Virus record (IMG/VR): IMGVR_UViG_2511231028_000004
Location: 8,448-72,447 of that record
Source of the DNA: a virus
Lineage: Duplodnaviria > Caudoviricetes
DNA: 64,000 nt
Direction: 5' to 3' (one strand)
Shown here: positions 8,186-16,508 of the stretch, piece after piece
Layout of the letters: the number at the start of each line of letters is the position of its first letter
Numbering within the stretch: the first letter of the stretch is position 1
The notes under the pieces: generated by a model
What the model was told of the DNA's origin: nothing
Database searches by the model: none
Seen by the model: only the letters and a program-made list of their open reading frames with translations
Position numbers and translations under genes: made by a program

Positions 8186-8397
8186 TGCGCCAGGATCCCG
8201 ACGAAGTCGCCCCGCTGGTCGACGCCCGCCTCGCCGAAGCGCTGCGGCAGGTCGGCCAGAGCCCGCTCGGCATGCCCGCAACCGTCGATACCTTCCGCGC
8301 CATGCTCGATCGCGCGGGGCTGGCTCTGGTGCTCAAGCACAATCCCGATTTTCGTCATTCCGGCCTGGAGCCGGTGAACATGGAGCATGACACATGA
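8182..8397 (+). CDS. Hypothetical phage protein
   Basis: 71 aa, coupled to the J-domain gene and to the DGR target. Confidence 0.55.
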   Translation: MMRQDPDEVAPLVDARLAEALRQVGQSPLGMPATVDTFRAMLDRAGLALVLKHNPDFRHSGLEPVNMEHDT

Positions 8398-9287
8398 ACG
8401 CAACTGCGAAGATTGAGGACGCCACACCGCTGCTCGCCAAGATCGACCCGGCGGCGCCGGTGCTCAAGGTCGAGGGCCTTGGCCGGTTGCAGATCAAGGC
8501 CGGCACGTTCTTCAACGGCGGCGGTTTCTCGGCCGACACCGAGGTGAAGATCACCTCGCTCGAGCCCGGGACCGACTATGTGGTGCGGATCTCGGGCGAC
8601 GGCCCGGTCGCCGTGCCCTATGCCAATCGAGGCGATGATCCGTTCATCGGTGGCTTTCACTTTGCACCAGGCGGCAATGCCGAGGCGCGCAAGGGCGGCG
8701 ACACCGTGCCGGCGATCAACCCGTACTCGCTCTGGGATCACAATTTCCGCCCCGCGTGCCTGGACCCGCGCGGCATGGTGCTGGTCGAAGCGCCCGGCCA
8801 TCGCTTCTGGTGCGATATCTACCTGACCGGCGCCGAGCATTTGGAGAACGGCACCAGCGCCTTCGACGCGCTGATCGCCGATGGCCGCGATTGCCCGACC
8901 GATCCGGCCACCGGGAGGCGGTTCAAGCGCTTCGACTACGCCGCGGCCTGCGCCGTGATGAAGCACCACGGCAAGCAGCTGCTGTCGTTCGAAGAGTTCG
9001 CCGCCGCAGCATTCGGCGTCACCGAGCGCACCGCGACGAACAGCGATCCGGTGCGAACCAACCTCGACGCCCCGCGCACCAGCAAGTTCGGCCTGATGCA
9101 GGCGGCCGGCAACATGTGGGTGTGGGGCCACGATGGCGATCCCGACGAGCCGCGCGCTTCGATCCTCGGCGGGTCCTGGTGGGTCGAGGGCGACGCGGGC
9201 TCGCGCCTCGCGGGCCTCGGCGACTGGGCGGACGACTCGGGCGAGAGCATCGGCGCCCGCGGCCGCAGTGACCACCTGCAAACCTGA
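8394..9287 (+). CDS. DGR target protein, Mtd-like C-type-lectin (FGE-type) fold with C-terminal VR
   Basis: GGFHFAPGG, SLWDHNFRP...DPRGMV, FWCDIYL, GNMWVW, ILGGSW...GARGRSD motifs as in Mtd-like proteins; VR in the last ~45 codons. Confidence 0.9.
   Translation: MNATAKIEDATPLLAKIDPAAPVLKVEGLGRLQIKAGTFFNGGGFSADTEVKITSLEPGTDYVVRISGDGPVAVPYANRGDDPFIGGFHFAPGGNAEARKGGDTVPAINPYSLWDHNFRPACLDPRGMVLVEAPGHRFWCDIYLTGAEHLENGTSAFDALIADGRDCPTDPATGRRFKRFDYAAACAVMKHHGKQLLSFEEFAAAAFGVTERTATNSDPVRTNLDAPRTSKFGLMQAAGNMWVWGHDGDPDEPRASILGGSWWVEGDAGSRLAGLGDWADDSGESIGARGRSDHLQT
9149..9272 (+). repeat. DGR variable repeat (VR) with GC-rich IMH
   Basis: Matches 9759-9882 except at 12 positions, all A in the TR; ends GGCGCCCGCGGCCGCAGTGAC. 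Confidence 0.97.
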
Positions 9288-9290
9288 TCC

Positions 9291-9310
9291 CGCGTCGCGA
9301 CAGCGACGCG
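9291..9310 (+). promoter_or_regulatory. DGR target-recognition hairpin/cruciform
   Basis: CGCGTCGC-GACA-GCGACGCG: 8-bp GC stem with a GRNA-type loop just after the target stop. Confidence 0.85.
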
Positions 9311-9334
9311 TCTCCTCGAGGTGAAGCGGATTCG

Positions 9335-9754
9335 ATGATCGTCAGGGACGACAATTCGGCGACGGAAGCCCTGGCGATCGTCGAGAAGTACGAGGCTTTC
9401 GTGACCTATCTCTATCCGATCCTGCAAAACAGTCCGCGCAAGCATGGCGTCCTCAGGGACACCGTGCTTGCCCAGATGTTCACGCCGATCGGAGGTCTCT
9501 ACCACGCGGCGAAGTCGCGGCAGATCTCGAGGCTGTTTGCGATCGATGCCGAGTTCGCCACGCTGCGCGCGCTGCTGCGTTTCCTGGCGCGCGGCGAGAT
9601 CAAGATCCTGACGCCGCATCAGCATGTCACCGCACTCGCGCTCCTGGCGCAGCCGGGCGGCATGCTGAACGCATGGCAGAAGAAGCTTGCGGCATCGGGC
9701 ACGAACAGGGTTCCGCACGCCGCCGGCGTGCGGAAGGGGGAGGCGGGGCAATGA
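9335..9754 (+). CDS. avd: DGR accessory variability determinant (four-helix bundle)
   Basis: IVEKYEAFVTYLYPILQNSPRKHG...GGMLNAW pattern; located between VR and TR. Confidence 0.88.
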   Translation: MIVRDDNSATEALAIVEKYEAFVTYLYPILQNSPRKHGVLRDTVLAQMFTPIGGLYHAAKSRQISRLFAIDAEFATLRALLRFLARGEIKILTPHQHVTALALLAQPGGMLNAWQKKLAASGTNRVPHAAGVRKGEAGQ

Positions 9755-9758
9755 TGTC

Positions 9759-9882
9759 GCCGCGCGCTTCGATCCTCGGCGGGTCCTGGTGGAACGAGGG
9801 CAACGCGGGCTCGCGCCACGCGAACCTCGACAACTGGGCGGACAACTCGAACGAGAACATCGGCGCCCGCGGCCGCAGTGAC
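9759..9882 (+). repeat. DGR template repeat (TR)
   Basis: Adenine-rich copy of the VR: 23 adenines, including 7 AAC codons in the VR frame. Confidence 0.97.
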
Positions 9883-10077
9883 GACGGCTCCGTGACTATC
9901 GCTCGGCACAGGCCACGGCCTCGCCGGCCGGTCACAGCACAACTGTGGTCAGCTCGACTCTCCTGCTTCGGCAAACACACTGCGCGGTCCGGCAGAGCGG
10001 GGCGTAGCGGCGGTTCAGCGCAGAACTGCCGTCGAGACCCGCGGCCGGCTTCAGCTGCAATTGGAATGGGGCTCGCA

Positions 10078-11076
10078 ATGACGCGACGCTACCGCAACCT
10101 CATCGGCAAGATCACCTCGCCCCGCAACATGGAGGCGGCGCTTCGCCTGACCGCCGCCGGCAAGCGGCTGACGCCTGACTATCTCGACTTCAAGGAATTC
10201 TCCGCGCTCAACCTCGCCGACCTCGGCCGGGACATGGCGAGCGGTCGTTATCGGGCCGGTGCGCCGCACGAATTCTTCATTCTCGACCCCAAGCGCCGGC
10301 TGATCCAGGCGCTGCCGTTCCGGGACCGGATCGCCCAGCAGGCGCTCTGCCTGGTCATCGGCCCGATCTTCGATGCTGCCATGCTGCCGCGCGCCTATGC
10401 CTGCCGGACCGGCAAGGGCACTCATGCCGGCGTCGTCCAGTTGCAAAGCGATCTGCGGCGGGAAGCGCGCGGCGGCGAGCTCCACTTCCTCAAGACCGAC
10501 TTTTCGCGCTACTTCGCCTCGATCGAGCGGGGCGTGCTGTGGCGGCTCATCGAGGCGAAGATCTCCTGCCGGGCGACGCTTGAGCTGATCGAGGCAATGG
10601 TGCCTCGGACGGGAACGGGACTGCCGATCGGCAGCCTGACCTCGCAAATTTTCGCCAACGTCTACGCCGGCGCCACGCTCGACCGTCATTTGCAGCAGCA
10701 TCTCGGCGAACGGCTCTGGTACCGCTACATGGACGATCTCGTCGTGCTCGGCCGCGAACCTGCGCATTTGCGCAGGTTGAAGGATGAGATCGAATCCTAC
10801 GCCGCGCGCGAGCTGGGCCTGCGCTTCTCCAAATGGCAGGTCTCCAGCGTCTCCCGCGGCATCAACTTCCTCGGCTACCGGATCTGGGCCAACCACAAGC
10901 TCTTGCGCCGAGACAGCGTCATCCGCGCCCGCCGCACCATCGCGGCCCTTCGAGCCCGCGGCGATGACGAGCGCCTGCGCGAATTCCTGGCCGCGTGGCT
11001 TGGTCACGCCAGCTGGGCCGACAGCGGCAATCTGATCAGGAGCCTCGGGTTGCCACAACAACGGGAGAACCGGTGA
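10078..11076 (+). CDS. DGR reverse transcriptase (frame open upstream to 9751 or further)
   Basis: MTRRYRNLIGKI start, PFRDRIAQQAL, LKTDFSRYFASI, GLPIGSLTSQIFAN, YRYMDD, INFLGY. Confidence 0.95.
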   Translation: MTRRYRNLIGKITSPRNMEAALRLTAAGKRLTPDYLDFKEFSALNLADLGRDMASGRYRAGAPHEFFILDPKRRLIQALPFRDRIAQQALCLVIGPIFDAAMLPRAYACRTGKGTHAGVVQLQSDLRREARGGELHFLKTDFSRYFASIERGVLWRLIEAKISCRATLELIEAMVPRTGTGLPIGSLTSQIFANVYAGATLDRHLQQHLGERLWYRYMDDLVVLGREPAHLRRLKDEIESYAARELGLRFSKWQVSSVSRGINFLGYRIWANHKLLRRDSVIRARRTIAALRARGDDERLREFLAAWLGHASWADSGNLIRSLGLPQQRENR

Positions 11077-12398
11077 TGGCCGATCGGTCGGCAATCGAAT
11101 GGACGGATGCCAGTTGGAATCCGATCCGCGCCCGCGTCATGGAGATCCAGAACGACGGCTCCGGTAGAGAGCGCATCGGATGGCACTGCGAGCACGTCAG
11201 CGACGGTTGCCGCAACTGTTATGCGGAGGGCTTCAACCGGAGACTTGGCACTGGCCGGGACTTTAAACCGGGGGAGATGTTTCGTGAGGAACACAAAGGC
11301 TTCAACAACGGCGAGGTGAAGCTGTTCCTCGATGAGCAGATGTTGACCCAGCCGCTTCGCTGGAAGAAGCCTCGCAAGATCTTCGTTTGCTCAATGACGG
11401 ACGCCTTCGCGGACTTCGTCACCGACGAGATGCTCGACAAGATGTTCGCCGTCATGGCGCTGTGCCCGCAGCATACGTTCCAGGTGCTGACGAAGCGCGC
11501 GAAGCGGATGCGGGCATATATGGAACGGCTGTTCGGCTCGAAGGTCGCGCCGCGAGGCATTGCCTGTTCGCCGTGGAGCGCGCTGCTAAACCGCGCCGAA
11601 CGAAGCTGGATGGTGGCTAACCCGAACTACATGACCGACATCCGGCCGTTACTGCTTGCGGGCTTGCAGGGCCGCACGCTTCCTTCCGGGCCCCTCCCGA
11701 ACGCCTGGCTCGGCATCTCGGCCGAGCGGCAGCAGGAAGCAAATGAGCGGATTCCGGAGCTGCAGAAGACGCCGGCTGCGGTCCGCTTCGTCTCGCTTGA
11801 GCCGCTGCTGGGCCCGATCGACCTCGAGGACATCGTTCGCCACGGCGACGGGTGCGAGGACCACCACAGCGCGCTCGAATGCGACGTCGCCATCGAGGAC
11901 GACCAGGAATTCCACGGCGCCGTACTCGACTGGGTCATTGTCGGTGGCGAGAGCGGCAACCGCGCTCGCCCGATGCACCCGGATTGGGTGCGGGGCCTTC
12001 GCGATCAGTGCGACCGAAACGACACGGCGTTTTTCTTCAAGCAGTGGGGCGAATGGGGTATGCCGACCGATGATCTCGGCAACCTCGACTGGCCCTATCA
12101 TCCCGATCACGATCGCACGCACTGGTTTGACCGTCGCAGCTGTGTTCGACCGATCGAGAGCGGATGGTCAGATAAGTACCAATGTGGTGGCGGAGCGTAT
12201 CCGCCGCCGCCATTCGATCTTTTCCAGACGCCCGACTACCTCGACCAGGTCGCGCGCTGTCCGCAGTGCGGCTGCGGTGAAGCCAAGAAGTGTCAGGGAA
12301 ACGCCGCTCGCGCGGCAGTCACATGGGTAGGCAAGAAAAAGGCCGGTCGCCTCCTCGACGGAGCCGAGCATAACGCATTCCCGAAGGTGCCGGGATGA
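11076..12398 (+). CDS. Phage Gp37/Gp68 (DUF5131-like) protein
   Basis: SAIEWTDASWNP, CEHVSDGCRNCYAE (Cx6Cx2C), IFVCSMTD, RFVSLEPLLGP, WVIVGGESG, FFFKQWG. Confidence 0.88.
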   Translation: MADRSAIEWTDASWNPIRARVMEIQNDGSGRERIGWHCEHVSDGCRNCYAEGFNRRLGTGRDFKPGEMFREEHKGFNNGEVKLFLDEQMLTQPLRWKKPRKIFVCSMTDAFADFVTDEMLDKMFAVMALCPQHTFQVLTKRAKRMRAYMERLFGSKVAPRGIACSPWSALLNRAERSWMVANPNYMTDIRPLLLAGLQGRTLPSGPLPNAWLGISAERQQEANERIPELQKTPAAVRFVSLEPLLGPIDLEDIVRHGDGCEDHHSALECDVAIEDDQEFHGAVLDWVIVGGESGNRARPMHPDWVRGLRDQCDRNDTAFFFKQWGEWGMPTDDLGNLDWPYHPDHDRTHWFDRRSCVRPIESGWSDKYQCGGGAYPPPPFDLFQTPDYLDQVARCPQCGCGEAKKCQGNAARAAVTWVGKKKAGRLLDGAEHNAFPKVPG

Positions 12399-13630
12399 GC
12401 GACCTTCGCCGCATCGATCCAAAACCGTTCCTGCCGCGCATCCCGAAGGGCCCGAAGCCCGACGTCGGCGAGCGTCCGGAACTGCAATGGCTCAAGATCG
12501 ACCGCTTGCGCATCGATCCGCGCTATCAGCGCGAGATCGGCCGACGCGGTGCCGACAACATCGTCGCGATCGTGCCGAAGTTCAAATGGGCCAAGTTCAC
12601 GCCCGTGGTGGTGGCGCCGATCGGCGAGGGCCTGTTCGCCGTCATCGACGGCCAGCATCGCGCCACGGCCGCCGCTGCGTGCGAATTCGAGAGCGTGCCC
12701 TGCGTCATCATCCAGGTCGACCAGGCCGATCAGGCCGATGCCTTCGTCGCCATCAACGCCAACGTCACTGCGATGTCGCCGCTGCAACTGCATGCTGCGC
12801 GCCTGGCTGCCGGCGATAAAATCGCCGACGAACTGACGCAAGCCTGCGAGGCGGCCGGCGTCAGCATCTGCCGCTATCCGGTGCCGGCGAACAAGATGAA
12901 GCCGGGCGAGACGCTGGCGGTCGGCATGCTGCAATCGGCGCTGGCCAAATATGGACGCGACGTCCTGGTCGCCGCGCTGTCCTGCGTCACCAAGACCCGC
13001 AAGGGCAATCCCGGCATGATCCGCAAGGCGATTGTGCAGGCGTTGTGCTCCGTGATCGAGGCTGACCGGGAATGGCTCGGCGATCTGCCGCGACTGATTT
13101 TCGCCATGCAGACCTTCGACTTCGCCGCGCAGTTCAACCGCGCGTCGGCGGCGGCGATCGAAAGCGGCGAGGGCGTTGCCGCGCTGCTGATCGACGCGAT
13201 CGCCGCCCATCTTGATGGCAAGTTCGAAGCTTCAGTCCCTGCGGAGGCGGCCGAAGAGGTCACGACGCCTCGCAGGGACGGAAAGGCTCCGGTGCGGGCG
13301 GCAAAATCAGCGCCGATCGAGCCTCCGGTGGCCAAGGCTCCCGGCCGTCCATCCGCCACCGGTCCGGTCACGATCGGGCGCGACTTCATCAGCCGCGGCG
13401 GCCGGCGCATCGAGGTCGCTCCGCGCGCTGCGCTGCTCTTCGCCGCCGTGCACAAGGCGATGCCGAATTGCGTCGGTGACGAATGGCTGGTCTCTAAACT
13501 CTGGACGGTACGTCCGCCGAATGCCGGCGATCTGATCGACCAGATCGTCCGCAATCTCGACCTTGCCAGTCTCGGGCTCGAGATCCGCACCCACCGCGGC
13601 GTCGGCCGCCAACTGGTCGAGGTGGCATGA
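12395..13630 (+). CDS. ParB-like N-terminal domain protein with a probable C-terminal winged helix
   Basis: LRIDPRYQR...FAVIDGQHRATAA ParB-like motif; C-terminal segment LEIRTHRGVGRQL. Confidence 0.7.
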   Translation: MSDLRRIDPKPFLPRIPKGPKPDVGERPELQWLKIDRLRIDPRYQREIGRRGADNIVAIVPKFKWAKFTPVVVAPIGEGLFAVIDGQHRATAAAACEFESVPCVIIQVDQADQADAFVAINANVTAMSPLQLHAARLAAGDKIADELTQACEAAGVSICRYPVPANKMKPGETLAVGMLQSALAKYGRDVLVAALSCVTKTRKGNPGMIRKAIVQALCSVIEADREWLGDLPRLIFAMQTFDFAAQFNRASAAAIESGEGVAALLIDAIAAHLDGKFEASVPAEAAEEVTTPRRDGKAPVRAAKSAPIEPPVAKAPGRPSATGPVTIGRDFISRGGRRIEVAPRAALLFAAVHKAMPNCVGDEWLVSKLWTVRPPNAGDLIDQIVRNLDLASLGLEIRTHRGVGRQLVEVA

Positions 13631-14703
13631 CGCTGCTCGCCGCCTACGATCGCGCATGCCGGTCTCTCGCCGAGGTCAAGGACGCCGGCGAAGTCGTGCA
13701 GATCCACGACCTTTTCGAGCACGTCAAGCTCTATGCCAGACAGATCCAGGACAAGGCGCTGCTCGAAGAAGCCGTCGTTGCGCAGATGCGAGCCGACAGG
13801 CGCCTGGGCGAGATCATCGGTGCGCTCAAGGAAGCCGGCAGGATCTCGGACGGTCGCAAGCCGAAAGACGATGGCTCCGACCGCGTCACCCTGAAGGACA
13901 TCGGCGTCAAGGACTGGAAGCTCTCGTCACGGGCCCAGAAGGCGGCCGCGCTGTCCCCGGACGCATTCAAGCAGATCGAGGAGGCCGCGCGCCAGAAGGT
14001 TCGCGGCGGCGGCGCCATCCTGGTCGATCCGATTCAATCGGCTGCGAAGGAGGCCGAGATCGCCGGCCGCCGCGCCGCGCATGCGGCGCGCGCCGAGACC
14101 GGCGGCTGTGTCGCGGACCTGGAAGCTCTTGTCGCATCGGGCTTCCGCGCAGGCTTCGTCGGCATGGACCCCCAATGGCATTTCAAGACCCGTTCCGATG
14201 CAGGCGAGGGGCGGTCCGCCGGAATCCACTACAAGACGGAAGAGATCGAGAAGATCAAGAATATTCCAGTCGGCGCGATAGGCGCGGACGATTCGGCGAT
14301 CGGCATGTGGACGGTCGACTGGTGCCTCGAGGCCGCCTTCGCGCTGATGCGCCATTACGGCTATGAGCCCGTCACCAAGCTCTACACCTGGGCCAAGACC
14401 AATAACGATGGCAAGTTGCTCGCCCACGATGATTCCAGCTGGCACCTCGGCATGGGGTATTGGACGCGTGCCAACCCGGAGGATTGCTGGCTCGGAATCC
14501 GCGGCAAACCGAAGCGGCTCTATGCCGACGTCCGTCAGCTGATCGTTGCGCCTTTGATGGAGCACTCTCGCAAGCCCGATGAGTGGCTCGCGCGCTCCGA
14601 GCGCCTGGTCGAGGGCCCCTATATCGAATTGAACGCGCGGCGTCCTCGGAAAGGCTGGTTCAGCTGGGGGGACGAGCTCGAATGGACGGGGGTGGCAGCA
14701 TGA
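13627..14703 (+). CDS. MT-A70-family adenine methyltransferase
   Basis: DPQW (DPPW-like), MGYWTRANPEDC, HSRKPD, IELNARRPRKGWFSWGDE. Confidence 0.85.
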   Translation: MTLLAAYDRACRSLAEVKDAGEVVQIHDLFEHVKLYARQIQDKALLEEAVVAQMRADRRLGEIIGALKEAGRISDGRKPKDDGSDRVTLKDIGVKDWKLSSRAQKAAALSPDAFKQIEEAARQKVRGGGAILVDPIQSAAKEAEIAGRRAAHAARAETGGCVADLEALVASGFRAGFVGMDPQWHFKTRSDAGEGRSAGIHYKTEEIEKIKNIPVGAIGADDSAIGMWTVDWCLEAAFALMRHYGYEPVTKLYTWAKTNNDGKLLAHDDSSWHLGMGYWTRANPEDCWLGIRGKPKRLYADVRQLIVAPLMEHSRKPDEWLARSERLVEGPYIELNARRPRKGWFSWGDELEWTGVAA

Positions 14704-15011
14704 CGTCTCGCTCCAGGGAAGAAAACCGCGACTACATGCGCGACTACATGCGTGGGCATCGGAAGCGCAGCCGCGAGGCCGATCGCGCCCGCAAGCGCGC
14801 CGAGTACAAGTCCGAGGCGCCCGACATCTGGAGCAAGGCCGACTTCGTCGACCGCAGGCCCGCACTCTACGACCCGCTACGTGATGGCCCATTGCATCAC
14901 GCCGACCTCACGGCGTGGTTGATGCGAGACCCGCCGATCGGGCGCCGTGCGATCGACCAGCACCAGGCGCGCACGTCCGTTCGCTCGATATCGCTGGCCG
15001 GAGAGAGGTAA
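14700..15011 (+). CDS. Hypothetical phage protein
   Basis: MTSRSREENRDYMRDYMR..., ATGA overlap. Confidence 0.55.
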   Translation: MTSRSREENRDYMRDYMRGHRKRSREADRARKRAEYKSEAPDIWSKADFVDRRPALYDPLRDGPLHHADLTAWLMRDPPIGRRAIDQHQARTSVRSISLAGER

Positions 15012-15015
15012 AGCC

Positions 15016-15099
15016 ATGAGGTTCTACGGCTGGATCTGCGCTCTTCTCGTCATCTTCGCCGCCGGCGTCGGCCTCGCGTATCTGCTCGGAGCCATCTAG
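15016..15099 (+). CDS. Putative 27-aa TM micropeptide
   Basis: MRFYGWICALLVIFAAGVGLAYLLGAI after GAGAGG. Confidence 0.35.
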   Translation: MRFYGWICALLVIFAAGVGLAYLLGAI

Positions 15100-15101
15100 C
15101 C

Positions 15102-15218
15102 ATGATCCGGGCTCTTCTCCTCGCTCTCCTCTTCGCGGCAGGCCTGACGAGCCTGATGGCCGGCCATCCGCGATCCGGTTTCAACTGGAGTCATTCATGT
15201 CAGGGGTGCGCGCGATGA
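15102..15218 (+). CDS. Putative 38-aa TM or secreted micropeptide
   Basis: MIRALLLALLFAAGLTSLMAGHPRSGFNWSHSCQGCAR. Confidence 0.35.
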   Translation: MIRALLLALLFAAGLTSLMAGHPRSGFNWSHSCQGCAR

Positions 15219-15246
15219 CCGGGCAGCAGCTGGCTGGAGTGCGGCC

Positions 15247-15468
15247 ATGACGCGAAGACTTCCGTTCTTCAACGCGCACAGCATCTCCATCGGAACGTGC
15301 TCCGATCCGTTATGCAGGGCCGTCCATGTTCATCTGCTCGACGAAGACGAGCGCCCGCATGCACAGCTCACGCTGAACTGCGACAAGCTCGAAGACGTGA
15401 TCGCCGACCTGCGCTCCGTTCGCGACCGCATTGTCATGGGCGGCGCAAAGAAGGGGCTCGACAATTGA
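15247..15468 (+). CDS. Hypothetical protein (possible Zn-binding)
   Basis: 73 aa with CSDPLC...HVH. Confidence 0.55.
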   Translation: MTRRLPFFNAHSISIGTCSDPLCRAVHVHLLDEDERPHAQLTLNCDKLEDVIADLRSVRDRIVMGGAKKGLDN

Positions 15469-15815
15469 TCCGACGCCACCGCCTCGCCAATCGCCGTCGC
15501 CATGAAACCATCGCGATCGAGCACGAAGGCCAGCGCTACAAGGTCGGGCTCGGCAGGGAACTGCTCTGCGACGGCAGCTGCGGCGGGTCGGTGCGCTACG
15601 GTCCGATCGCAGAAGTCTTTATCACGGCGCAGAAGGTCAACACGCAGGCCGACGTTCTGGCGAAAGATGGCGCCATCCTGATGTCGCTGGCCCTGCAATT
15701 CGGCTGTCCGCTGGACGTCATTGCCCACGCCATGAAGCGCAACCCCGATGGCTCGCCGGCCTCGCCGCTGGGGCGGGCTGCGGCTTACCTGGTCGAGGAG
15801 AACTCGAATGTCTGA
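15465..15815 (+). CDS. Stand-alone TSCPD-like domain protein (resembles the C-terminus of class II RNR)
   Basis: RLANRRRHETIAI...IAEVFI...DGAILMSLALQFGCPL; TTG start overlapping the upstream stop. Confidence 0.6.
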   Translation: MIRRHRLANRRRHETIAIEHEGQRYKVGLGRELLCDGSCGGSVRYGPIAEVFITAQKVNTQADVLAKDGAILMSLALQFGCPLDVIAHAMKRNPDGSPASPLGRAAAYLVEENSNV

Positions 15816-16332
15816 CACCGAATGGTATCCGGCCGATTGGGTTGACGAGACATGCCCGCCGGCGAAGAAAGCACCTGCCGAATATATTGTGCCGATCGAG
15901 ACTGGCTTCGAGCTCGGATATGTCCGCACCGGCGATGCCGCAGCGGCGAAGTTCGCCGCGCACTACAACACGATCTACAATCAGCCCCTGTCGCTCGGCG
16001 ACGTCGTGGATTTCATCAGCTGCGAGCGCCTCGGCGACGTGGATGTGACGCTGCGGCGCGACGGGACCTATGTCCTGCATGGGACGCTTCCGCGCGTTTA
16101 CAACGCCCTGATCGTCGACGGCGATATCGATACGCTTTGCGACAGCTTCGAGGAGATGACGCGGCGCATCCAGGGTCGCGGGTGGGACGAACTCGGTACA
16201 CTCCTTCTGACCGACGTCGACGAACGCCGTATGAGCATGAGCTTTGCGAATTGGTCGGACCCCGTGCCGTACCTCTTCGAGATTGTCGACGGCAAACCCG
16301 TGTTCACTCCTGTGCCGGTGGCGAAGCAATGA
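15808..16332 (+). CDS. Hypothetical phage protein
   Basis: MSDTEWYPAD..., GAGGAG Shine-Dalgarno. Confidence 0.65.
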   Translation: MSDTEWYPADWVDETCPPAKKAPAEYIVPIETGFELGYVRTGDAAAAKFAAHYNTIYNQPLSLGDVVDFISCERLGDVDVTLRRDGTYVLHGTLPRVYNALIVDGDIDTLCDSFEEMTRRIQGRGWDELGTLLLTDVDERRMSMSFANWSDPVPYLFEIVDGKPVFTPVPVAKQ

Positions 16333-16493
16333 CCGACATCGAGCGCCAGATACTCCTCAACCAGATCGCCATCCTCGAGGCGCTGATGCCGCACGGCTCG
16401 GCCGGCCCTGAAGGTACGCGCGAGATCCTGCGCAAGCGCTACCGCGAGAGCGCCGAACTCGTCCGCCAACACTCACCCAACCCGCAACGCTGA
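16329..16493 (+). CDS. Hypothetical phage protein
   Basis: MTDIERQILL..., ATGA overlap. Confidence 0.5.
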   Translation: MTDIERQILLNQIAILEALMPHGSAGPEGTREILRKRYRESAELVRQHSPNPQR

Positions 16494-16508
16494 AGGGAAT
16501 CCGCCGCC

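Larger units (their letters stand above)
8394..11076 (+). mobile_element. Diversity-generating retroelement (target-VR, hairpin, avd, TR, RT)
   Basis: 124-bp TR/VR pair differing only at TR adenines, plus avd and a YMDD reverse transcriptase. Confidence 0.97.

Noticed and set aside
10078-11076. RT as a group II intron, retron or Abi RT
   Set aside because: Short, no maturase/endonuclease domain or retron VTG motif; avd and an A-specific TR/VR pair identify it as a DGR
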